Assembly (NCBI GenBank): GCA_965645245.1 | Contig: OZ287071.1 | Span: 2,852,001-2,916,000, forward strand | Direction of reading: 5' to 3' | Source: Massalongia carnosa | Taxonomy: Eukaryota | Length of the DNA: 64,000 nucleotides | The notes under the pieces: generated by a model | Database searches by the model: none | What the model was told of the DNA's origin: nothing | Seen by the model: the letters and a program-made list of their open reading frames with translations, nothing else | Position numbers and translations under genes: made by a program | Part shown: positions 37,701 through 49,941 of the stretch, piece after piece | Layout of the letters: every line of letters starts with the position of its first letter | How positions within the stretch are numbered: the first letter of the stretch is position 1

Positions 37701-40700
37701 GCCAATGAGAACCGCCGTCCCTGTCCTCGTTATCTTGTAGGAGATATGGTATGGCTGAACACCCGAAATATCCAGACAGCCCGTCCGGCAGCCAAACTGG
37801 ACGATCGAAATGTCGGTCCTTACCGAGTCTGTAAGGTGTTCGCCAACCCTCTTGTTGTTCAACTGGAACTCCCCGACACGGTTAAAATTCATCCGGTCTT
37901 TCATGTAAATCTGCTACAACACGACGCAGACGACCCCCTCCCAGGACAAATTCCCGAGCTTCGCGACCCAATAATAGCCGAAGATGGACAGCGAGAATGG
38001 TATGTCAACAGCATTCTGGACTCGAAACTGGACAGACGTTATCAACCTCCGCTTCTCAAGTATTTCGTCAATTGGGAAGGACATATCCCCACCTGGAAGC
38101 CATTTCACCTACTAACCAACTGTCAACAAGCTCTGGACGAATTCCACGAAGCCTATCCTGGTGCATCCGGCCCACATCTCACCTCCTGTTCCATTCCTCG
38201 ATGTCGCTGTCATGAATAAAACTGCTTCGCAGGAGCTCAGCTCTTGAAAGGGGAGCTACTGTCATGAAATCGAACCAACCCGATCCAGAATCAATCCCGC
38301 AGATGGATCTGACTAAGCTCCCGTTCCTCTATTCAGCTTAGTCAGAATCTCATTAACTAAATCGAGTTTAGACCCCTCTCAACGGCTTCAGGTACCATCA
38401 CCATCAAAGCTTACCAACGACAGGAGAACCTCATTTCCACCTTTTATCGTCAAACACCTCGTCAAACCTTCGTGCCGTACGTCTCCTAATAGGGGGAGAT
38501 GAACACTGATCGAATCTTCATGCAAAGGGGTTCGAGACAAATATAAAAGGAAGGACAAGTTAATTAGATAGTTGACTCCTTGTCCGACGTCTTGTATAGC
38601 AATCCATCACCTAGCTATAGCCTTATTAATAAAGAAATCTTGATCACCCAATCCAATTCCTAGGAACATTAGTTCAATCCCCTGCCCAGTCCTTGACACA
38701 TCTATTCAAACTGAAATTTTGACCATTTTTCATCTTTTACCCTCCACCACATTAATTTATTGATTCTAAATTTCATACAAAGCTCGAAAGGCATCGTCAT
38801 CATCAAAGCTGTCATTAAAATCGTCCCTCTGACCCCTCTGACCCCCTTGGCCACCCTGACCACCCTGATTATTCTGATCTTCCTGATACCCCGCATACCA
38901 CGCATCCCCCTCTTAATTCGAAGCATCTCCCGATTCGAAACCTGGATCGAAAGACAAAAAATCATCTCGTAGCCATGCTTTTTCTGGAATGTCCGGAATG
39001 TTCGAAATGTTCGAAATGCCTCCATTTCTAGCTTCAGTCTCATCTACAATAAATGTGACGTCTTCTTCAACATGGCACGAGCAGATGCAGATGGATTCTT
39101 TCTGGCTTCTTTTTTCGCTTCCTCAGCTATCGACACCTCATTCGTCGCTTTCCATAATGACTCTGGGTCAGGAATCTCCTCATACATCTCAACTGAGATG
39201 GCACCGAGCACCTTCTGCATCTCTTTTAGTCGTTTGACTCGATCCCTTTCTGCTTTTCGAGCAGTCATCACTTTGACATGAATTTCGTCTCTTTCCGTTC
39301 TCCATAACTTCATGAAGTTATTATTCTCCTTCTTCTTCATAATTTCCTGATCTTTTTGTAGCTTCATCGCTATAGCTTGCTTCGCATCTTCAGCGGTTAT
39401 TCCCAATCTTCCGATTTCAGGTCTCAATCTTTTACGAGATATTCGTCTGCTGTTTAGCTGATTCGTTCTTTGCTGCTAATACATTTCAAGCTCCGCTTCT
39501 CTGAGTATAGACTTCGAAATGATCTCTATCGTACCAGCTATAAAAGAATCAAATTCCCCTGCTCGGGCGGATTACTTCATAGCATAGATTCTTGAATTTT
39601 TGACCCCTATTGACGCAATCCATGTTCTATGTCGACTATATCCCTAGGTTGAATTTGACGAGGTAGAGGAAGTGAGGGCTGATCAGTCAGATCAGAATTG
39701 TTCAGACTAGAATTGTCGAGAATGAATTTTTTCAGCTGACGAATGCATGCTTCTGGATTAACCGGCCACATTCCCGAATTTTCAAATGCATTTCGGATTG
39801 TAGAAGCTTTGAATGTCTGGTTTCTTATTTTGATCAAATCCTGAAGAAACCGAGTCATGGAATACTCGACAAACGACGATACAACATTCTCCTTAGCAGC
39901 CTGTTGATGCCAGTGTTTATAGGGCTAAAATACGCCGACATCCAATTGCTGCATGCAATCAGTCAAATGTTGAATTAGTGGGTAGGGACGAATGTGATTT
40001 TCTCTGGCCAGAAGTACAAATTCAGGAGTAACGTGACTGCTATGATTATCCATCAGGAGCAATTTCCAATCTGCATTAGGTCCTGCATCCGAATTTTGAA
40101 TAAGATGCTTCAAATATTCAATTGCTATCTTATCAGATGTGAAACTACTGTCGGAAGGCACAATAGGCGTGCCCACCGGCAAATCCTCCGAAAACCACGT
40201 TGCCATGATTTCCTGACCCTGTATGATCATCATGGGGGGATGGGGATAGTCGCCAGCAGTATTGATCGTCTCAATAACCGTCGCAGATCTGTGATTCTCC
40301 GGGCTGACGGCGTAGAATTGCTTGATTTCCATAGGAACGTAGATTTCCTGACCGTTCATGCATCTAATTCGAAAACCAGCTTCATCAAAGTTTAGAATGT
40401 TTCGTCTTCTTCTGATTTTCAATTCACTTAATACCTCTTTCTAGCCATCAAACCATTTGATCACATCTGACTCTTCAGCGGCTTCAAAGCGAATCATTGG
40501 TAATGGTTTGGTCTTAATCTTGTGTAAATTGCTACGTTTCCACCAAGACCGAAACAATCGTCTTGATATTGCTTTTAATTTATGAGCCTTTCTCAGACTT
40601 ACAATTGTATTAAAAGCCATGTATTACGTAGGTGGAATTCCATGTATCAATAAGGATTTAATGAATCAATCTAAAGCCCTAGCTTCATGCTCTTTCAGTA

Positions 40701-40859
40701 TCTGATTTTCTACCCCCTTTTTAACCCTTCTTTTTTCAGTCCTTTATTCGGATGACGACGAACAAAAGACGTCAACGTTTTAACGTTGACATTGTAGATT
40801 TTTGACGCAGCAGCCTTTCCTACTTCGGGATGATCAATCAGAAATTGCTTCGCTTCTTC

Positions 40860-41231
40860 TGTCACGGTGCGAGGTCAGGTAGATATTCAGATGGTGCAAA
40901 CGTATTACTTGATTGTCTAGCTAGGTGGACAAGACGTTCGACAAGGAGAAAAGAAACAGAAAATCCAACGTCGGCGAGTATAAGACTCTGGCGAACGGAA
41001 CCAGTCCCAATCCAGCCGTTGATCCAATTTCCCAAGTCCCTAGCATGAAACTATCGCTATGACACTATTGACAGTCCGAATACTTACCTTCAGCCGGAAC
41101 ACTTACCTTTGCCCTGACTAAACCGGATTAAGCTTAGTTCCTTTCGGATCGGCTAGCCGGCTAGTGCTTCGTTCAAGCAGCTAAGGTTGGTTCAATGAAC
41201 TAACTGGCAGGTGCCCAGTCACTCCATGACA
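40860..41231. mobile_element. Solo LTR (372 bp) in the pogo-c transposase
   Basis: TGTCA..TGACA ends, TSD TCTTC. The transposase-like sequence resumes on both sides. Confidence 0.88.
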
Positions 41232-41710
41232 TCTTCCAATCTTTCCATGGGGCTGAGAGTGGAAACCAAGATTGAGGCATTATTTTCCATGGTACGAAGG
41301 GAGGTTGAAAATGTCTTTTCGAAAATTGCAAATGCGATAATAAAGGATCGGAAATTGAGGAGGGGGGATAATTTTGATGACAACGTTGACGACGACGATG
41401 CTTTTAAGCTTTTTACGATATTAAGTAATGATTGATCAATGTGGTTGAGAGTTAAAGGTGAAAAATGTTCAAAATTTCAGTTTGAATGGATGCAAATCGC
41501 TTTCCGGATGCAAATCGCTTTCCCCGACTAGGAGGCGACGGCCTCCGAGTCAGATCCCGCTAAGCGAGCCGACAATTAATCGTCCGAATTTCAAAACATC
41601 GACAGCTTTGGAATGCGCTTGATCAGCTTATTAATCGACCTAAATTTCATGCTAAGGTACAAAATAGGAGGTGCGGAGCCATATGCCCTAACGAGGGGTG
41701 TTAGTGTATC

Positions 41711-41963
41711 CGGCCACGCGGTGCGAAAAAATGTTGCCACATCAAAAATCATCAGTACGCATAAAACTACACAACTATCAAAGCTTCAAAATAATATAGA
41801 AAAGCAACAACAGATGAACCAGTAAAACAGACTTGATAGAGTAATAGATTTATATGTTCATATTCACCTTAACTTTTTTGAAATGTATTACTTAACGATG
41901 TAGCCTATCATAATTATTTTTTATTTTTGGTGTGTCAACTATTTTTCGCACCGCGTGCCGGCC
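41711..41963. mobile_element. MITE-like element (~250 bp)
   Basis: About 35-40-bp TIR with core CACGCGGTGCGAAAAA..GTTG.CACA.CAAAAAT and an AT-rich interior. TSD unclear. Confidence 0.65.
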
Positions 41964-42467
41964 TGAGGTGTTGATGTCTCCGGAGATGGGTGTATAAGAA
42001 GCCGGAGGGGTGTGCAAATATCCGTACCCCTAAGATAATAGGATGGGAGTTTTAATAAAATCCGGATTGCCCCTAGGCATAGGAATAAATGGAAGAAAAA
42101 GAACACCTATTCTCCAAATACCTAAGTGACCTTTAACTAGGCAGCTCAAGGAACTATGTGAGGGTGTCGATATAAATCTATTGCCACCCGAAATGCCCCC
42201 TTACAATATAAACTTGAGGAAGAGATTATACGCGCTGCCTATCTTTAGCAATCAAACGTTTATCTGATCTTCCTCAACAAGGTTCTTGATTGTTTCAAAC
42301 AAAAAGTAAGATTTATTGCAAAAATTGAGTTTTGAACATGGTATAGCACGACTAATTATTGTTTTTTTATAAGAGATATATTAACCTAACATAACTATCT
42401 CATTGAGATATGAGCAAAGTCCATGAAGACGAATACTAGAGTGGAATATATTCATCGCAAAATTGAG

Positions 42468-43601
42468 TACCTTCTCCCTTCCTTCCAATGCTCACCGGTG
42501 CATCGCTTCCGCCTCTTGGTACTTGCCCTGCCTCGACAACACCGACCCAAGCCGGCTGACACTGGTGAGCGTGTGTGGGTGCTCTAGCCCAAGTACCTTC
42601 TCCCTTCCTTCCAATGCTCGCCGGTGCATCGCTTCCGCCTCCTCGTACTTACCCTGCCTCGACAACACCGACCCAAGGTGGCTGACACTGGTGAGCGTGT
42701 CTGGGTGCTCTGGCCCAAGTACTTTCTCAGATCCTTTCAAATCTCGTCGGTGCATCGCTTCCGCCTCTTCGTACTTGCCCTGGCTCGACAACACCGACCC
42801 AAGCTGGCTGACACTGGTGAGCGTGTCTGGGTGCTCTGGCCCAAGTACCTTCTCCCTTCCTTCCAATGCTCGCCGCTCCATCGCTTCCGCCTCCTCGTAC
42901 TTGCCCTGCCTCGACAACACCGACCCAAGCTGGCTGACACTGGTGAGCGTGTGTGGGTGCTCTGGCCCAAGTACCTTCTCCCTTCCTTCCAATGCTCGCC
43001 GCTCCATCGCTTCCGCCTCTTCGTACTTGCCCTGACTCGACAACACCGACCCAAGCTGGCTGACACTGGTGAGCGTGTCTGGGTGCTCTGGCCCAAGTAC
43101 CTTCTCCCTTCCTTCCAATGCTCGCCAGTGCATCGCATCCGCCTCTTCGTACTTGCCCTGGCTCGACAACACCGACCCAAGCTGGCTGACACTGGTGAGC
43201 GTGTGTGGGTGCTCTGGCCCAAGTACCTTCTCGTATCCTTCCAATGCTCGCCGGTGCATCGCTTCCGCCTCTTCGTACTTGCCCTGCCTCGACAACACCG
43301 ACCCAAGGTGGCTGACACTGGTGAGCGTGTCTGGGTGCTCTGGCCCAAGTACCTTCTCAGATCCTTTCAAATCTCGTCGGTGCATCGCTTCCGCCTCTTC
43401 GTACTTGCCCTGCCTCGACAACACCGACCCAAGCTGGCTAACACTGGTAAGCGTGTCTGGGTGCTCTGACCCAAGTACCTTCTCCCTTCCTTCCAATGCT
43501 CGCCGCTCCATCGCTTCCGCCTCTTCGTACTTGCCCTGGCTCGACAACACCGACCCAAGCTGGCTGACACTGGTGAGCGTATCTGGGTGCTCTGGCCCAA
43601 G
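42468..43601 (-). repeat. Nine tandem 126-bp (42-aa) TPR repeats
   Basis: Unit LGPEHPDTLTSVSQLGSVLSRQGKYEEAEAMHRRALEGREKV, nearly identical at DNA level. 1134 bp = 9 x 126. Confidence 0.97.
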
Positions 43602-46549
43602 TACCCTCTCTCTTGCTTCGACTGACATTCGAACAACTTTCTCCGCCGTTCTGTACTCACCTCTAAGGAGTAAGTACCATCCTAAGTTTGAAGCAACCTG
43701 TGCCTGATTTGTCACGTCCACCTCATCTTCTGTTCCATGGCCAATAGCTTCTCTTGCGTGGGGAAGGAGTACTTGACAATCCGCCCACGTCTTATAGTCT
43801 CCGCTGGGGAATGCTGCGGCTAGAACTCTTATCGACTCCTTTGTCCATTTGCTTAGCTGCTTGGCCGCCTCGAGCCACTTTCTCATGGATAGCTGCACTA
43901 GACGGTGCATCTCAAATGACTGCTTTCCGATCTCGGCCCGCACAAGGGAGAAGCTTAGCAACGGCGCCAGAGCGTCGTCAAAGTCGAGTCGACTGGTGCT
44001 GTTCCGCAGCAGGGCTATTGGAATTCCCTGCCTATCGAACATGCTCATCAATGCAAGCAAATCTGCAGCTGGCTGCTCCGTCTTCTGGATCTGAGTGAAC
44101 GAGATCTGCCACGTCGCGATAACCGCATGCCGTATGCTGTAGTCTCGCCGAAGGTTCTTTAGAACGTTCTTGCCTAGGAGACGCACCTGATTGGCCTCGC
44201 TCTCACGGAACAGCTCAAGGTAATCGGACATGGTTGTCGTGGATGCTCTTGTCTTGATGTACGCCGCAGCGTGGGTAATTGCAAGAGGTATGCGTTCTAG
44301 AGCCCGGACAAGCGCCTTCGCATCCGCTCTACTAGACTCGCTAAATGGTAGCCGTGTGTTGAGCAGCGCTAGAGCGTCCTCTTCATCCATTGGCTCCACC
44401 TTGACAACTCTGCCATGCGGCTCAACGAGATTTTGTGCCGCAATTTCGTTCCTCGAGGTGATGAGAATCGTTCCGTTCGGCGTTTGAGGGATGAAGCTTT
44501 CAAGCGGCCTGGTGTGGCTGGGGATGGCGCTCTTCTCCGCAATACCGACGTTATCTTCGTCGGCGGCAAAGAAAACCTCATCGTCGTCGGCATTGTCGAT
44601 TACCATAAGCCATCGGCCGTTTCTCTCATCGCCGAGCCAGTCATATACGAGTTGGAGGATATCAGCCTTTGCTTCATCGCGGCTGGGGAGTTCGACCTTG
44701 GTAGCGATGTCTCTATAAGCTTGCTCAAATCTGTTGGCGTTGCTCGCATGCACCCAAAACACCCAGGTTTGCGGAGCCGACTCTCTGACTCTGTACGCAT
44801 ACTCGATAGCGATCTGGGACTTCCTAGTACGAACATGAGCATTACCTCTCACAGCACAATGTATGGAAATGCATACCCTACGCCTCCTAGACCGCTCAGG
44901 GCCACTCGACCGTGATCAGGCAAGGCTGCTTGTTCAAGCTTCTTGCTTATTGTTGCAAGAATGCCCTCTCGGCCCACGAACGCGCTATCTCTCTGGAAGG
45001 GGACCGTGGAACAAGGCTTGGGTCTGTTTTGCGCTCGCACTAGAACTCGGCCGTTATTACCCAGAAGCAAGCATAAGGACGGTTAAACAAGGACTAATCT
45101 TGATGTGTTCTAGCATAGAATAGAAGGCTACGTACAAAATCGAGCCGCAACCACACTCGGTGCATCCTGCTCAAACTGTTTAAGCTTGTCCCGCGCACTG
45201 GTATACCCTCGATTATTCCTGTTATCAAACTTGACAATCATCGAGTGATCGGAGTCTAGAGGGATCTTTTCCTCCATGGAATCTGGCAGCTGAAGAAGGG
45301 CCGAGTCGATATCTACTGTCGTGATGAAGTCGCCAGTCCTTCTCCAGCATTTGCTTTCGCGGTCCTGTTGCCAAAATATCAATGGTCTATTATAATCTTA
45401 TCCTAGAGGATCATACAAACTCAAGCTGCCTAGTCTGCCCCGTCTCGTAGAAGCTTACCACCTTCCGGTCTCGGATGAGATTCTTGAAATCTGCTAGCTG
45501 AAACGCTAGCGAGTCAGACTTAGATCGGATCTGCTGAAGTAGTGCACTTCGCGGGTGATTGTCCTGCCCAGCCAGCATCTTCTGGATATCATCTACCACG
45601 AGCCCCTTGTGTGGAATCCCAAACAGAAGCATGCCGTACGTAGCTCTGTAGAGGGTTGCTATCGTTGGATGATCATCTTCGTTGGCCTGAACCGCCTTGA
45701 CAAGGCACTATGCTGCTGCTTAGCCTTAGGCATATAGCTGTCACAGCAGACGACCTACGTGAGCAAGTATAATACCACCAAAGCTGTGCGCGATAAAGAA
45801 GAGCGGCCGCTGTCTCAGCTAGCGCATCGCAGCCATCAGCTTCATGCTTCCGCTCGCGATGGTACATTGTAACAGCCGCTTACCTCTTCAGTGTTCCGGA
45901 CCTTCTTGAGCTCTTCTTCCAGCTCCCGGCCGTAGTCCATAATTGTGTCGATCCCATGGCTTGATAGCTTGGAGTTGTAGCCATAGATCATCGTGCGGCA
46001 GCATGGCAGGTCCTTGGACAGGAAGTGGTGCAGCCACATTCGCCCGAGGTTTCCCTTTCCCCTCCATGACCCGTATGCGTGTCCGTCAAGGCCGGTGATT
46101 GCAATTATACTGAGACGTGGTAGATTAGCAGTGAGCAGTAAGAAAGCAGTCAGGAATAACGGACACAGGCTACACATTCAGATAAGTGCTACGTACTCTG
46201 CGGCAACCGGCGCATCTGACTTTGGCGCGTACAGTTGAGTGAATCCGAAGAAGTGGCAGTCAAAGCTAATGTCCGTGTCCGCCATCTCAACCTGCCAGTC
46301 TCCCAGCGGGTTGGCTGTCAGCTCGGACAGGAATCTAGGCACCCCGCCGTGGAACTCCACCAGCGCGACCCTTTCCTGCTCATTTTCGTAGCAAGAGGGT
46401 ACAATAGCTGCACTTATATCTAGCTTCGAGTGTTCTTCTTCCGACAGGTTGTTGTTGATGGCATCCCTCAGCGTTATTTTCAGTTCGTCGTCAGACTGCG
46501 AGGCTGCGAGACCGGTGACGCGGAAAACGGTGCCCTTCTTCGTGGCCAT
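42492..46549 (-). CDS. Fungal NLR: N-terminal domain + SesB-like alpha/beta hydrolase + NB-ARC + TPR array (7 exons, 3' end truncated)
   Basis: Spliced translation gives DIIAITGLDGHAYGSW, RPLFFIAHSFGG, FGIPHKG and DSDHSMIVKF. NB-ARC motifs FVGRE, P-loop GLGGVG|KS (split by an intron at about 44823-44877), Walker B WLMVIDNADD, ILITSR, IPLAI and MHRLVQ. Introns include 46196-46110 and one starting at 45883. Confidence 0.9.
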
Positions 46550-46765
46550 CCAGTTTAAGGGCTAATCATCGAGCGCAGCTGTCACCAAGCGTCTTTGAGC
46601 GGCGGATCGATAGAGGGCCGGCGAGGTCGGTTCAGCAGTGAAACGCTGAACAGAGAGCGGCAACTCGCCTCGCGATGGTCCCCTCCAGGGCTGAGCTGAC
46701 ATGATAGCCACACCCAAATTAGTATGGCGTGGCCCCTCTCCCGGCACTAACGTATTAGCCACCCC

Positions 46766-49093
46766 TAGGGCTCTGAAATGAAACTTTCATGAAATTTTGC
46801 CTAACCCGATCGGGATGAAAGTTTCACTGCGACTTTCACGAGTGAAATTTTCATGGATGTTTTGCAGGGGGGTAGGCAGGGGGGAGGGGGGGTGCGGGGA
46901 AAGCGGAAAATAGGAACGAGGACATGCCAACTTGAAGATACTTGATTTAGCTATTAATCTTCATACAATCTCAAGTATCTCTGAGCCTGACCGCATCTCC
47001 CTCTATCGCTTGACTTGCTGGTCGTTTCAACGATTTTACTGTCGCTGTTTCTTGCAGAGAGATTTCTTCCTGCAAGAATCTGTCTTCCATCTCACATAGA
47101 TCGTCTTCTTCTATGTCAATGCCTGCGAGTTGTAGCTTCCTTTTGATTTCTTTCAGTCGGTTAAGAGTTCTTTCATTCAGATAAATAAAAATCAGCTTAT
47201 CCACGTTGATCGATGCCATGGAATTTCGAGTCTTGTTCATGATCAAATTCATGACCGACCAACTTCTTTCTGCCAGCATTGAATTGCCAGGAAGCATCAT
47301 TACCTTTCTGGCCAGCTTGCTAAGAATCAATGCAAAATGCTTGCAAAAATTCCAAAACAGCTCCGGTGTCATCTGATAAGTCTAACATTCTGAGTTTGCA
47401 TGATCCATCTTCCTGATCTCGAAAAGCAAGCCATTGTCTCATGGCAACGATGCTATCTTCAGCATTCAGATATCGAGCAAAGAATCTATGCATGATCGAT
47501 GAAAAAGCATGTTCTGTAGTAACTCCGACCACCTTTATCGTACGATTTTGCGGAAGCAGAAGAGATACAACCACATGAAGCTCTTTTATTTGACTCAGAT
47601 ATCTATCTTCCCAAACGACGTGAGCAATGTGATATAGATCCGCCTCACTGTCGCTTTCTTCTTCGGCCATCGAGTACAGATGAGAGCGAATGATATTCCA
47701 GTTATTTGTTACGGTGTATAGCTTATATCCCTCGGCTTCGGACATGTACTGAATTTTATGAATGGGATTCAGTATCTTTTTGATAATGGTGAGTTTCTTC
47801 CAAAAGCAATAATCGTTGACGAAACTTCCCAAAGGTTTATTTCTTCCCTGATCTATGCCTGGATTATTCTGCTGAAAATAATCCAACAAGGCCTGTTGAT
47901 TATTCAGTACTGACTTTAAAAGACCAACCGTCGTACCCCATCTGGTGAGAACATTGAGAACCAAGGAACGACGCTGTTTGTATGCCTTTATTTGGTATTT
48001 CCATAAACTGGCTAATTCCTTATTTGAACCGCGAAAACTGATGACGATCAACTGAGCCTTTTCTATAACATCTGTAAAATAAGGAAATTTCAAAATGTCT
48101 CCTAACAATAGCTGCAAACCATGACTATCGCAAGGTACGAAGAAAACATGCTTCATCTCTGCACTTTTCGAAATTTCCGTCCACATGGCTTTCATTGTAG
48201 AGCACGTGTCGGTGCAGATACAATTAACCCTTCCAAGCTGATTATTGGTAGCATCCCTACATCCATGTATCACCCATTCAGCTTGTACGTCTGCCGTCAT
48301 TTTTTCCGCCACTCCAACATCAGCTTTTAGCTGAAATCCTCTGCCACTAGAAGTGATAGATGTGGGAACGTGACAGCAGAGATTTATTACTCGCTCTTTT
48401 CGAATGTTGACTGTCTCGTCGGTAAAAAAGCTGAGATGATTGCAAGCATTCAATTCTTGATTTATTTTGAATTTAACTGTTTCATAGGCTTCATCCAACA
48501 ATCGTCCAGCTATCAGTCTGGCATGAGGGGGCTTGTATCCAGGAGAAAGAGCTTGAAATGCCGCAATAACATAGGGATTCTCGAAGTTGTTGAAGGGAAG
48601 ATTTGTCATATAAACAGACATCGCCGCCTTGCGATGAGCATGAACAATTTGACTCTAGCTAAGGGGACGAATCATGATGGTAATGGGCAGTTGGACTGAT
48701 CTAGAACTAAACGAGATATCTTCCTTCTTTGTTATCTTCTGTTTATAGGCACCACATTGATCTAAATGTGATAGTCCTCTTACAGCATTCTTGGTAGTCT
48801 GATGACCACAATGAATGCATTGATGCTGATGTTTTTTCAATCTCATAGTGATCACGCCTTTGAAATTCTCCTCAATTAGAGAATTTTTCTTTCTTCCACC
48901 GCGTTGAGCCATGAGTATAAAATAGGAAGATACCTTTAAATATATGAGAGTAACTATCATAATAAGGTATCGATCTATCTACAAGATATGTATATATGCT
49001 ATATAATAAATTTCGAAAATTTCATGCTTGGCGCGCACACGTGATGAAATTTTCGTGCGACATTGTCAAAATTTCGAAATTTTCAGAGCACTA
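46766..49093 (-). mobile_element. hAT transposon (2328 bp); transposase about 48912-46971 with stop/frameshift
   Basis: 13-bp TIR TAG(G/T)GCTCTGAAA, 8-bp TSD GCCACCCC, subterminal GAAA.TTTC motifs. BED finger (CIHC..HLDQC) and motifs FTDET, CDSH, TRW and AERSWS. Confidence 0.95.
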
Positions 49094-49941
49094 GCCACCC
49101 CTGGCCAACTATCCCCTTCCACCAAAAGGAAAACAATATCACCACGATGCTTCTACCATCCCAAAAATTAACTAAAAATATCACTATCCATACGCATTTC
49201 TTTCCAGACGGCCTTTGCGAACTTCACTTTACCATTTAAAGCATGATATCGCTCCTTTTCTCTAGCTAATGCCTCCTCTTTTTGATGTTTCGCCTCGATC
49301 TTAGCCAGCTCCTCACCCACAGTTAGCACCCTCACTTTATCACACCCCTTTCTAGACGCCTTTTGGCGTCGCTGAGCCTGTTTCTGAAATATTTCCTGAT
49401 TGAAATGCCGTAGAATAACTCTATCAGCCACGGGATTTAATGCGGTTGGTTTGTGTCAAGAACTGGGCAGGGGATTGAACTAATGTTCCTAGGAATTGGA
49501 TTGGGTGATCAAGATGTCTTTATTAATAAGGCTATAGCTAGGTGATGGATTGCTATACAAGACGTCGGACAAGGAGTCAACTATCTAATTAACTTGTCCT
49601 TCCTTTTATATTTGTCTCGAACCCCTTTGCATGAAGATTCGATCAGTGTTCATCTCCCCCTATTAGGAGACGTACGGCACGAAGGTTTGACAAGGTGTTT
49701 GACGATAAAAGGTGGAGATGAGGTTCTCCTGTCGTTGGTACGCTTTGATGGTGATGGTACGGCTTTGACCTGAAGCCGTTGAGAGGGGTCTAAACTCGAT
49801 TTAGTTAATGAGATTCTGACTAAGCTGAATAGAGGAACGGGAGCTTAGTCAGATTCATCTGCGGGATTGATTCTGGATCGGGTTGGTTCGATTTCATGAC
49901 AGTAGCTCCCCTTTCAAGAGCTGAGCTCCTGCGAAGCAGTT

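Larger units (their letters stand above)
28404..38219 (+). pseudogene. pol: Gypsy Pol (PR-RT-RH-IN-chromodomain) in the -1 frame, split by copia-3, with TAA at 37455
   Basis: Motifs LIDCGA, YLDD, ETDAS, GGHPG..C..C, SDRG, TDGQTER and chromodomain EWYVNSILD..YFVNWEG..TW. Confidence 0.95.
26715..38698 (+). mobile_element. Full-length Ty3/gypsy chromovirus (gypsy-B copy 1)
   Basis: LTRs 26715-27152 and 38260-38698, roughly 8 differences by eye. TSD CATCT, PPT GAAAGGGGAG. Confidence 0.98.
26626..41576 (-). mobile_element. pogo/Fot1-like DNA transposon (pogo-c), related to pogo-b, carrying nested insertions; degraded transposase 41290 to about 38950
   Basis: TIR AT(C/T)GTCGGCTCGCTTAG..GGGGAAAGCGATTTGCATCC at both ends, TA TSD. 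Motifs NFDEAGF, MDNHSSH and QQLDVGVF. Confidence 0.92.

Noticed and set aside
42463..43707. Several long overlapping ORFs on both strands over the TPR array
   Set aside because: By-products of a 126-bp repeat that lacks stops in other frames.
44823..44852. ORF-track start of the 786-aa NB-ARC/TPR ORF as a separate gene
   Set aside because: It lies in the intron splitting the P-loop; the upstream exons splice in frame.
45000..45200. Amyloid signalling motif (HET-s, sigma or PP type) linked to the NLR
   Set aside because: The hydrolase-to-NB-ARC linker is short, with no G/N/Q-rich pseudo-repeats, and no adjacent effector gene is seen.
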